From positions 36,146,001-36,210,000 of the forward strand of contig NC_043008.1 of assembly GCF_006345805.1 (NCBI RefSeq): a stretch of DNA of 64,000 bases. Reading direction: 5' to 3'. The first letter of the stretch is position 1; every line of letters starts with the position of its first letter. The notes below the pieces were generated by a model that did not search any database, was not told the DNA's origin, and saw only the letters and a list, made by a program, of their open reading frames with translations. The translations under genes and the position numbers were made by a program. Source of the DNA: Octopus sinensis. Its lineage: Eukaryota. This document shows positions 38,700-49,968 of the stretch, piece by piece.

Positions 38700-38960
38700 A
38701 TATATATCTGAGACCGTTGGTGATATGCTAGGCTTGAGAAGACACATTAAGGCATGTGAAATCGTAACCATGGCTGTTGCTGGTGTCATGTAAATGGTGC
38801 CTGTGCCAGTGGTTGAAGTGGTTGGCATTAGGAAGGGCACCAGCTGTAGAAACCATTCCAAATCAGACTAGAACCTGGTGTAGCTTTCTAGCTTACCAGT
38901 TCCAATCAAACCATCTAACCCATTCCAGCATGAAAAGCAGACGTCAAATGATGATCATGA
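38700..38960 (+). mobile_element. RTE-type 3' UTR/tail fragment
   Basis: ggcattaggaagggcaccagctgtagaaacc..ccagcatgaaaagcagacgtcaaatgatgat. Confidence 0.65.
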
Positions 38961-39369
38961 TGCTGATAAATATAAGCAATTAATTAATGATTAGGTGTAT
39001 ACCTGGTAGTACGCTGACTGAAGTACCTTCACTGTCTATGGCTACCAGTTGGTATCCACAGTATAGATATAAATGCCACTTGATCTACCTCAGGAATTTC
39101 TCAGAGTTTGCTGAGTATAGCGCAAATGGAAGAAACTGAAAATGGAATTCATGAGAATCTTTATTAATCACATCAAATTGTTTTGACCCATCTTGCATCA
39201 ATTCCTCATGGAAGAAATACTACTCAACTTGTTATGGTGCATCCATTAGTGCAGACCCATCTTGTCAAGTGACTTTTCTTAAAAAGATACCACGTTCAAT
39301 AAACTTGGTTTCGCTTGGTTCGATTATACAGCATGTTGTACACTTCAATAGGATGAAATACCATTTAGA

Positions 39370-39905
39370 GATCAGCACTTCTTTATACAACTGTCCTCAT
39401 CCATGCACATCACATAGCCTTATCAGCACAGTCTCTCTTGCACACCACATCTGATACCTCTTATACCTAACTTTTTTTTCAAGATACTTACACTCTGACA
39501 TTGCACATTCAGCAAAACATACTGGCTTCATTTCTTTCAAGCCTATGCATGTCCTCAGCTGTCACAGCCCATGTTTCACTGTCATTTAGCATAGCTGTTT
39601 GCACACAGGCAGCATGCAATCTACCTTTCATTCTGAGGGAGAGGCCCTTTGTTGCCAGCAAAGGTAGGAGCTCTCTGAACTTTGCCCAGCCTAATCTTAT
39701 TCTCACAGCTACATTCTTGGAGCATCCGTCTCCACTACTAATTCGGTCACCTAGATAACAGAAGCTCTCTACAACCTCTAGCTCACACCATTGGCAGTTG
39801 ATGGAGTCTATTTTTTGTACATTTGTGATGTTTATTGTACCTGTGCATCTTCCACACACAAAAGCTATTTTCCCTGTTAAACTTTCCTTGATATTGCTGC
39901 TAAAG
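39370..39905 (-). mobile_element. RTE LINE RT C-terminal fragment
   Basis: LEVVESFCYLGDRIS..RIRLGWAKFRELLPLLATKG..AMLNDSETWAVTAEDMHRLERNEASM. Confidence 0.9.
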
Positions 39906-39984
39906 GCACAAGGCCTGGACATTGGGGGAGGGGATGGTCGATTATGTCAACCCCAGTGCAGAACTTTAGTGCAGAACTACAGAT

Positions 39985-40745
39985 ACTAACAGTATCCAAC
40001 TGCATTTTAACACTTGAAATTCTGATTTTCAAATTCATGAATTTCCTCATCATTATATTACCAATTTCTTCTGACATACTATTTATTCTTTTATCTTTAT
40101 TCTGACGTGTGACTTTATATGTCCTATATTTCCACAATGAAAGCACTCCGCTTTTTTAAAATTGACAATTTTTCGTCAGGTTTTATCATGTTTTTCTAGA
40201 AAACATTTCATCTCTATTCTGACTATTTTTCACTTATTTTACTTGGAAATAATCTTTCCATTCAATTTTCTCTGTGTCAAGTCTTAATTTGACTATTCTT
40301 TCACATTCTTCTGACGCTTGCTGTAGGGTTACATCCTGGTTTTGTTCCAGCTTTGCGAGAATTCTAGTTCAAACTTCTACATCCTTTTCAGCAGTTAGTC
40401 CCTGTGTAAAACTCAGGCATTTGAACATATCTAGCTTAAACTTTTCACATTTTCTGTTTGCTCTACCTGCAAATGTGATGCAGTCCTCATCATTGTTTCT
40501 CTCTATGTTCAGACATTTCCAACAATGAGCTTTTCTCACTGAAAATTTTATACAATATATCTATTGTGTCATTGAAGTTTATATCTGAAGGTTTTCTTGG
40601 GAGTACATAATTACTGTATTGTTCATGTTTTGTTGCTGCTAGTTTTGTCAAGATTAAGTGAGTTTTCATCTTGTCCCAATCTTAACATTCTTCCTGAAAG
40701 ATTTTCTCATATCTTCCGTAGTATGAGAAAATATCTTCTGTTGTG
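39985..40745 (-). mobile_element. Ty3/Gypsy LTR retrotransposon gag-protease fragment, decayed
   Basis: YYGRYEKIF..LILTKL..HEQYSNYVLPRKPSDINF.DTI..LYKIFSEKSSL..WKCL..FKCLSFTQGL..ILAKLEQ..TLQQASEECER, then VKMQLDT protease-like motif. Confidence 0.8.
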
Positions 40746-40752
40746 AGTTGTT

Positions 40753-40869
40753 ATTCCTTGTGAGTTGTTAAAATCCTTGTCAAGTTTATTAATTCCTTGT
40801 GAGTTGTTTAAATCCTCACCGAGTTTATTAATTCCTTCTGAGTTGTTTAAATCCTTGTCACCACTGTTT
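40753..40869. repeat. 39-bp tandem repeat x3
   Basis: Units start at 40753, 40792 and 40831. Confidence 0.85.
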
Positions 40870-41284
40870 TAATCCTTAACATGTTGGATTGTCATAATGC
40901 CCACTTCGGTAAACAGTAAACTTAGTAAAACCAGTAAAGACACGACTATCTCTGACTACCTACTACATACTCTGGTACTTCATGTACTTCTCTTTACTTA
41001 TTGTTACTAGGTTACTACATTCGTCATGTGGGAGGAGTGTACAATTATTATTAATTCCCAACAACAAATATGTAATATGTACACACACACTAACATACAT
41101 TCATGTAAATATATGTATTTTAAAAGGTGGCAGTGATTTTGTAGTCTTCTTTTGCACCCAGCCTGACTTTTCAAACAGTGATTGTGCAAAACTTCAAAGC
41201 CACTGCCAATCATTAAACGAGTACAGATAATGTACTGCATTGCTCATAATCACTTCTTTAATCAGTTTTATATATAACTGAAGA

Positions 41285-41860
41285 TGTGGCTGTGTTGTAA
41301 TAAGCTTGCTTCCTAAACTCATGATTCTGGGTTCAGTTCCACTGTGTGGCACCTTGGGCAAGTGTCTTCTACTATAGCCTCAGGTCGACCAAAGCTTTGT
41401 GAGTGGATTTGGTAGACAGAAACTGAAAGAAGCCTGTCGTATAAATATATATACAAAATAAAACCACTTGTGAGACGTTGGCTATTTTCCTTCTGCATCT
41501 TCCCTTCTTTTGGACTTTTCTCTGTTTCTGATTAAGAGCATCTGCTCAAAACATTAAACCATATTTCCTGAGCATCTGCCACGTCCTTGCATTGTTGTTT
41601 TTTGTGTTTGTTCTTTTTTGGATTTATATATGTGTGTGTGTGCGTGTGTTTGTGTCTGTACTTTTCACCCCCATCCCCACCCACAGTCGCTTGACAACCA
41701 ATGGTGGGGTATTTACATCCCTGTAGCTTAGTGGTTTGGCAAAAGCGACTGATAGAATAAGTACCAGGCTTACAAAGAATAAGTCCTGGGGTTGATTTCT
41801 TCCTCTGTGCTGCAGCATGGCCATAGTCAAATGACTGAGACAAATACAAGAATACAAGAA
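41285..41860 (+). mobile_element. CORE-like SINE split by an insertion in its internal microsatellite
   Basis: Head at 41285-41450 and tail at about 41630-41860. Confidence 0.8.
41470..41625 (+). mobile_element. Decayed copy of the 44404 hammerhead-bearing repeat
   Basis: gttt CTGATTA a gagc atct gctc AAAA c a T T aaac at 41524-41559; flanks align with 44404-44597. Confidence 0.7.
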
Positions 41861-43668
41861 TAAAGAATCAACAATAACATGGATGCATACATATGTGTAT
41901 ATGTATGCATATGCGTATGGATTGGTGGATGTATATACATGTGTATGTATGCTTATACACACTCATATGACAATTTGTGTAGAAAAATTTACATGCATCC
42001 ATGTAATTGAAATATGTATATAATGTATATATATATAGGTATGTATGTGTGTGTACATATATGTATGCTTATATACTCATATATATATATATATATTATA
42101 TATATATATATATATACATATTTATATATATAAACACACACACACATATATACACATACATTCATGCACATACATACATGCACATGCATACACATACATA
42201 CATATAAACATGTGTGTGTATGTGTGTGTGTATGCATATATGTTTCCCATGAATCAATATAGTACATTGTTCTACGTTGTGTGTTCAATTAGTTTGGCAT
42301 TTGATGATTACATACCAGAAAAAAAAAATGAAACACATAAATAAATAAAATGAAATAAAATAAAAATAAAATAAAAGAATCAAAAACGGGAGCAAATTGG
42401 AGCTCATTGAGTGGATCTTTAATTTCTTTTTATCAAAGAAAAACCAGAAATTATCCCTTTCAGCCGTTTGCAGTCAAGGTTAGGTTTCTGAATTAATAGG
42501 TCTTCATTTTTCTGCATCTCAATCGAGTTTCACTTATTTGTTTTGGTAAAAAATTTTTTTATGAACTCTTTTTTGTTTTGGTGGTGGTGGTGGTGGTGGT
42601 GGGGGGGGGTGATTAAAAGTGATGTAGAGCTAGTTTGTTTTTTTTATTTAAATTTTTTTTTTTTTTTGGTGGTTTGGTGTAGGGTTGGGGTCAAGAGTAA
42701 TGAGAAACTTGCCGAAATTATGTAAAGGATAGAAATGGAATGGTAAAATGCATGGCTGGAATAATTTGGTGGGTAGGTTATGGATGAGGTGTGCAGAGGT
42801 GGTATAAGTTTATTTCGTTTTGGTTGCTTTTGATATTTTCTTTGTGGTTTTATTCTGTTATTTTGTTTTGAATTTTTGAGATATGTATATAACATGTATT
42901 TTACATAATTGCCACATTTGTGCATGCAAGCACACATGTACGTACACACACACACACACACACATTCAAACACACACACACATTCAAACACACATACACA
43001 CACACACACACACGTGCACAAACACACACACATATATACATACATAAACATGTAAATATTTGTGTGTGTATACATCTGAAGATGTATTTACGCACAAAGA
43101 TGGTTTAGCTGGCCAAAGCTTTGAAATCACTGTCAATATAATTCTTGTTAAAGAATAATTAATATAGATCTGAAGATGTATGTTTTTGTGTATGTGTTTG
43201 TCCCCTACCACCTCTTGACAACCAGTGTTGGTGTGTTTATGTCCCTGTAACTTAGTGGTTTGGCAAAAGAAACTGATAGAATAAGTAGCAGGCTTTAAAA
43301 AGAAATAAATACTGGGGTTGGTACATTTGACAAAAAATTCTTCAAGGTGCTGCCCCAGCATGGCCACAGTCTGATGACTGGAGCAAGTGAAAAATAAAAG
43401 ATATAAATATATATATGTATATACTTATGTTTATACATATATATGCATGTGAGTGTGTGTGTGTGTGTGGTAAGAAGCTTGCTTCCCAACCACATGGCTC
43501 TAGGTTCAGTCCCACTGCATGGCACTTTGGGCAAGTGTCTTCTACCATAGCCTTTGGCTGACCAAAACCTTGGTGCGTGTGTGTATAAGAGAGTATGTAT
43601 AAGCGTGTGAAAGAGGGCTGGTGGTCTTGATGTGTGCGTGTATTTATGTGTAATATATATATATATAT

Positions 43669-44290
43669 TTGAGGGAAGTCAAAAATTGTCTGCACTTTTG
43701 CCATAATGAATACTTATTTTTGTCACATTGCCTTTTGTGCATGTATGTTTATAGTCAGTACCATTTGTGGTCCTTAAATGGGAGTTTGAGCCTGGTCATG
43801 CCATTTTTCTTTCTGGCTTCACAGTGTAAGTATGGCCCCTCCACTAGCAATGTGCACCAAAGAAGTAAAAAGAGCAGTGATCCAAGAGATGGTAATGGTG
43901 AAATGGTTCACCATTACCATCTCTCAAGCTTGCTGAATCTTCTTGTCGGTGGTGGAGGTTGACGGGTGTCCTGCTCCCTCTTCATGTGTCATGCTTGTCC
44001 GGCCACTTTCAAACTTCTTGATCCACTCATGCACACTTCTATGCATTAGTGCACTGTCCCCGAATTGCACTAAAAGCCTCTGATGAATTTCAGCATCTGA
44101 CACACCTTCTGACCAGAGAAATTGGATCACTGCTCTTTGTTCTTCTTTAGTGCACATTGCTAGTGGAGCAGCTATGCTTACACCGTAAAGCCAGAAAGAA
44201 AAATTGCACGATCAGGCTCAAACTATGATCACGTGACAACAGTACTACCGACTGTAAGTGCGCATGCATAGAAGGCAGGGTGATAATAAT
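43669..44290. mobile_element. Two mariner 5' ends in inverted orientation joined by a perfect 18-bp hairpin
   Basis: Plus: TIR, UTR and MCTKEVKRAVIQ (to 43884). Minus: MCTKEEQRAVIQFLWSEG...SVHEWIKKFESGRTS...KKIQQA (44157 to 43924). Confidence 0.88.
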
Positions 44291-44337
44291 ATATATATGT
44301 GTGTATGTGTGTATCTCTCTCTCTCTTTCTCTCTCTC

Positions 44338-44401
<64 letters not shown>

Positions 44402-44403
44402 AT

Positions 44404-44597
44404 GTGACCGCGTGTATACCGTTGCCGATTTTTTTTCCTCCGTCTTCCCTTCTCTGGATCTTTCCTTTTCCTATGTTTCTGACGAAGAGCTCTGCTCGAA
44501 ACGTTAAACCCTCCTTCTTCCTTTCCTTCCTGAGCGTCCAATAATACTATATTTGTTCCACGTCCTCGCGTTGTTGTGTTTTCATGTTTGGATTAAC
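44404..44597 (+). mobile_element. About 190-bp microsatellite-flanked repeat carrying a hammerhead (Penelope pLTR / retrozyme-like)
   Basis: CpG-rich (young); lies between (CT)n and (TA)n; related copies at 41470 and 30418. Confidence 0.7.
44475..44509 (+). ncRNA. Minimal type I hammerhead ribozyme
   Basis: GTTT CTGACGA A GAGC TCT GCTC GAAA C G T T AAAC: intact core, 4-bp stems I and II, palindromic ACGT stem III, GUU cleavage triplet. Confidence 0.75.
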
Positions 44598-44609
44598 TAT
44601 ATATATATA

Positions 44610-45330
44610 TAAAATGAGATAGGGGTTGAAAATTCAACCCACCATGGGATAATATATATCCAATATACTGCTAGATAGGTACCCAACAAGACTAATACAT
44701 AGATGTTAAAAATTGCCAAACAATCAGTTCATCTATTGTATTATATGGGTAAAGGTAATAATATTACCGTAAATTAATACTACAAAATTAGAAAATGGAG
44801 AAACATACTTAAATCAATAAAACATCAACTATCAGATGATACCCAATCAATACTTTATTACACCATCATATCAGTAAAGGCATTATACAAAATATACAGT
44901 AAAAGTAAATAGACAAAGAGATATAAGTATAAAATTTCAAATATAATATGTAATTAAATCAAATCTGACAGCTGTTTCGGCAGTGAGGGCAGTCATACCT
45001 CATTTAACCTATAAGCCATAAAGGCAGGTATAAATGAGGCATTAACAAGGATGCCCCACGGCCTCTTCAGAGAATTAAATTTGTTATAATTGTGAAAAAG
45101 ATTATTTAACCATATACATATAAATAAAAAATATAAAAATGTAAAATATAAAAACTTATACATAAACTTCATAATGCTACACTTATATATATAATACTCA
45201 TTGGTACAATAATGCAAGGTAAACAGAACAAAATAAAACAATATATATCAGTGTATATATTAATATTAATAAGCACCGTATTATACATATTTGGCTAATA
45301 GTTTTTTAAAAAAAACTAACACATAGGGAG
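44610..45330 (-). mobile_element. AT-rich Penelope pLTR-like segment containing a hammerhead
   Basis: The HHR is followed on the minus strand by an AATAAA; no ORF is attached, so the PLE assignment is inferred. Confidence 0.45.
44964..45073 (-). ncRNA. Type I hammerhead ribozyme with a long (85-nt) stem II
   Basis: TCT CTGAAGA GGC[79 nt foldable]GCC GAAA CAGCTG T C AGA: intact core, GUC cleavage triplet, palindromic stem III. Confidence 0.72.
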
Positions 45331-45408
45331 ATGAAAAAATATAATTAAAACCATGGTTCAGTTCATAAAATTATAAAGCTATAAAAGTCAATAAAAATTA
45401 CTATTAAT

Positions 45409-45439
<31 letters not shown>

Positions 45440-45486
45440 GATACAGTTATGTTTGCACCAAGTCCATCCTTTCAAGATCGAAATAA

Positions 45487-45556
45487 CTATGAGTTTAGAA
45501 ATACTGACCACTAGGTAATGATCATTACCTAGTGGTCAGTATTTCTAAACTCATAG
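45487..45556. repeat. Perfect 70-bp palindrome, no spacer
   Basis: ctatgagtttagaaatactgaccactaggtaatga followed by its exact reverse complement. Confidence 0.97.
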
Positions 45557-46064
45557 CTGTGTGGTTGTGCTGGAGCATGGCCTTGTAGAGTTAAACAAAA
45601 TAAGCTGTGGGTATAGTTTTAAGTCTGGTACATATTGCATTGGTTTCTCTTGCCAAACCTCAATTTATGAGGTCATAATTAAACCAACACTGGTTGTCAA
45701 GCAGTGCGGTGACAAACACAAACATAAAGACACACACACACATACACACACGTGTGTGTGTGTGTGTGTGTGCACTTGCCAATATCCTGTAAAAAGCACC
45801 TACCCAGTAATCCTATAAAATGGTATCCTTTGTATGTTTTTGTTCACATATTTTTGCCATGTTATCACTGTTGGCACCAATTATTATTGGTGATCCTTTC
45901 ACTTTCATTTCTCGCATCCTGTTTACTTTAATCTTGTGACTTATATATTCAGGCATTTTTCTCCACTTCCATTTGGTTAATGTTTTGATCAGAGGAAATC
46001 ATGATCTTTATAAGTCGTGTATTCTTCATTATCATCACTATCACTTTGTTTGCATTTTTCCAGG

Positions 46065-46800
46065 GTTGATATAATAAGCCCCAGTTGAGTACTGGGGTTG
46101 ATGTAATGACTAGCCCCCTCCCTCAAAATTGCTGGCCTTGTGCCAAAATTTTTATTATTATTATTATTATATTATTATTATTATTGTTGTTGTTATCATT
46201 ATTTCAAGGCAGTGGGCTGGCAGAATCGTTAGCACACTGAGCAAAATGCTTAGTGTTATTTCATCTATCTGCATGTTCTGAGTTCAAATTCCACCCACCG
46301 AGGTCAACTTTGCCTTTCATCCTTTCAGGGTTGATAAATTAAGTACCAGTTGAGTACTGGAGTCGATGTAATCAACTTGACCTGTCTCCTAAAAATTGCA
46401 GGCCTTGTGCCTAGAGTAGAAAGGATTCTTATTATTAAGGCGGTGAGCTGGCAGGATTGTTAGCATGTTGGGTGAAATGCTTAGCAGTATTTCACCCATC
46501 ACTACGTTCTGAGTTCAAATTCTGCTGAGGTTGACTTTGCCTTTCATCCTTTCAGGATCAATAGATTAAGTACCAGTTACACACTGGGTTCAATGTAATC
46601 AACTCATCCTTTCCCCCAAAATTGCTGCCCTTGTGGCAAAATTTGAAACCATTATTTATTCATTTTCTGAGGTCAGCTTAACCTTTAACACTTCAGGATC
46701 CAACGAAAGAAAGTACCAGCCATATACTGGTGTTAATTTCATTGACTATTACCCTCCTTGGAAAATATTTGTAGCTTCATGTCAATGTTTGTAATTATTA
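46065..46800 (+). mobile_element. Head-to-tail cluster of 3-4 Meta-domain-like SINE copies
   Basis: Heads near 46205 and 46437; extra domain/tail pieces at 46065 and 46665. Confidence 0.75.
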
Positions 46801-47039
46801 TTATTTGTTTGAGAAAAATATGTAAAACTGTTGAAATATTTGGGAAACATGTGTTTTTGATATCTCAGTAAATATTTGCGGCTTAAATCACATCAGTATT
46901 ATGGTGACATTTTCTGCAGATTCTTTAATCCATGCGAGAGGAAATTGGTGATTAAAATTGGCTAAGGAGGTGTGATGAACGAAACTGCAGCTCATAGGTG
47001 TTGTGGGGAGAGTTAGGTAGAGAAACAGATATTAAGTTA

Positions 47040-47101
47040 CATAAAGACTGATTGACTGATTGATTGAGAGAGAGCGAGAGAGAGCGAGAGAGAGCGAGAG
47101 A

Positions 47102-47141
<40 letters not shown>

Positions 47142-47311
47142 GAAAGAGAAAGAGAGAGAGAGAGGTAGACCGAGAGAGAGACAGAGACAGAGAGAGAGAG
47201 AGAGAAAGAGACAGAGAGACAGAGACAGAGACAGTGAGACAGAGAGAGGCTGAATGAGATGAAGATAGGTAGGTTGGTTCTTAGATAGATAGATTGATAG
47301 ATAGGTGGATG

Positions 47312-47342
<31 letters not shown>

Positions 47343-47343
47343 T

Positions 47344-47397
<54 letters not shown>

Positions 47398-47400
47398 ATA
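47040..47400. repeat. (GA)n/(GAGACA)n/(GATA)n compound microsatellite
   Basis: Directly visible. Confidence 0.95.
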
Positions 47401-47789
47401 AGTGTTGGAGGAGAGAAAGAAATACAAAAGAAGGATTAATAAAATAGTGAGGGAGAGGTGAAGGGAGGAAAAATGAGAGAGAAAAAAGAGAGAAATAGAA
47501 GGAAACAGAGATAAAAGAAGCGAAAGAGAGAGAGGAGAGAGAGAGAGAGAGAGAAAGAAAGAAAAGAGTGAGTGAGAGAGGAAGAGAGAAGGAAGTTGAA
47601 GACAGAAATATCAACAAAAGAGAAAAAGAAAGATGAAAAGACCCACAAAGAAAAAGTGTTCATACATACATACACACACCAAGACATACATACATACATA
47701 CATACATACATACATACATACGTACATACATACGTACATACATACATACATACATACATGCATACATACCTACATACATACATACATGA

Positions 47790-47881
47790 TGTAAACACAC
47801 CAGCATCGGTTGTCAAGCGATGTTGGGGGGACAAACACAGACACACAAACATAAACACACCCACAAATACTAACACTCATC

Positions 47882-47927
<46 letters not shown>

Positions 47928-48095
47928 GACGGGCTTCTTTCAGTTTCCGTCTACCAAATCCACTCACAAGGCTTTGGTTGGCCCAAGGCCATAGTAGAAG
48001 ACACTTGCCCAAGGTGCCATGCAGTGGGACTGAACCCGGAACCATGTGGTTGGTAAGCAAGCTACTTACCATGCAGCCACTCCTATGCCTATACA
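47790..48095 (-). mobile_element. CORE-like SINE, 3'-truncated
   Basis: As 15715. Confidence 0.85.
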
Positions 48096-48394
48096 TATAT
48101 ACATACATGCCTATGCATATACATACAGAGAAAAAGAGAGAGAGTGAGAGAGTAAAATGTCAGATGGGTTTCAGATTCTATGCAACTATTAATGGGATTA
48201 TTTCAGAAGCAAGGAAGAAGTGTGTTTAGTATTTGCCGCCACCTCTTAGTATTAATCTGCTCTCTCGCAGATAAAACTTATATTTTAGTATTTCAGTATA
48301 TGACAGCTTTGAAGGAAATATTTCTGGCAGGGTTATAAGGCTACTAGTGAATCTACTACCACCACTGCAGCTACTGCAACCAACAATACCTATT

Positions 48395-48612
48395 TCTTTA
48401 CTACCCACAAGGGGCTAAACACAGAGAGGACAAACAAGGACAGACAAACAGATTAAGTCGATTAAATCGACCCCAGTAACTGGCACTTATTTAATCGACC
48501 CCGAACGGATGAAAGGTAAAGTCGACCTTGGCAGAATTTGAACTCAGAACGTAGTGGCAGACGAAATACTGCTAAGCATTTCGCCCGGCGTGCTAACGTT
48601 TCTGCCAGCTCA
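48395..48612 (-). mobile_element. Meta-domain-like SINE
   Basis: As 27310. Confidence 0.85.
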
Positions 48613-48654
48613 GCATTGCTGCCACTGCCGCTACTTAGAGTATTTCTAACAACA

Positions 48655-49060
48655 TACTCTTTACTCTTTTACTCTTTTACTTGTTTCAGTCATTTGACTG
48701 CGGCCATGCTGGAGAACCGCCTTTAGTCGAGCAAATCGACCCCGGGACTTATTCTTTGTAAGCCCAGTACTTATTCTATCGGTCTCTTTTGCCGAACCGC
48801 TATGTGACGGGGACGTAAACACACCAGCATCGGTTGTCAAGCAACGCTAGTGGGACAAACAGACACACAAACATATACATACACATACATACATATATAT
48901 ACATATATACGACAGGCTTATTTCAGTTTCTGTCTACCAAATCCACTCACAAAGCATTGGTCGGCCCGAGGCTATAGCAGAAGACACTTGCCCAAGATGC
49001 CATGCAGTGGGACTGAACCCAGAACCATGTGGTTGGTAGGCCAGCTACTTACCACACAGC
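48655..49060 (-). mobile_element. CORE-like SINE, young
   Basis: As 15715. Confidence 0.88.
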
Positions 49061-49778
49061 CAGTGGACTTTAAATGATAACAACGATGATAATGATGATG
49101 ACAATGATGTTGACGCTGATGATAATGATGACGATGATGATGGCTTACAAGGCTGTAAGTGTGGGAAGACAACAGATAATGAAATCAGCTCTGTGCCTGG
49201 GTGAGACTTTACTTTACTGTCCCCCAACAGGGTTAGAACTCTGAAACATTGAAAACCAGAAAAAAGCCAACAGGATAGAGTTTTAGAAAATATTTAGTTC
49301 AGAAGTCAACTGATGCTGCATTACAGAAGAGACAATACATTATTGAGGCAAAGAAGTAGCTGTAAATTGGAAACTAATTCTTTCCAAAAGAAACCTAAAG
49401 CTATGTCTGATTCAATCTCCATTACTGACAGAAGCTATTCTAAACAGAAGAAAATTTATGTTGCAGGAGAATATTATGGGATTGATATGGTATCTTTAAT
49501 TATTTATATAACAATCCATTTTTCTTCTGTTTACATCCTTACATAAACAACAGTTGAAGTTGGTATTAATTTCTGGGTATGCAAAAAGAACCAAAACAAA
49601 ACAAAACAAAACAAAATACAATGAATGAAGAAAAAAAAACCCAAAACAAAAACAAAGAGTTATATGGTTTTATTTATTCAGTGGTTTTTACATTGACTAA
49701 CTCAAGGCTTGCTAACATGTGTGAAGGTAATATCTCTCGATGCAATCTTGATATCTATCTATGCGCATTATATATATA

Positions 49779-49831
<53 letters not shown>

Positions 49832-49896
49832 ATACATATATATAAGGATACACACACATACACATATACATACATAAATACATACACACATACATA

Positions 49897-49968
<72 letters not shown>

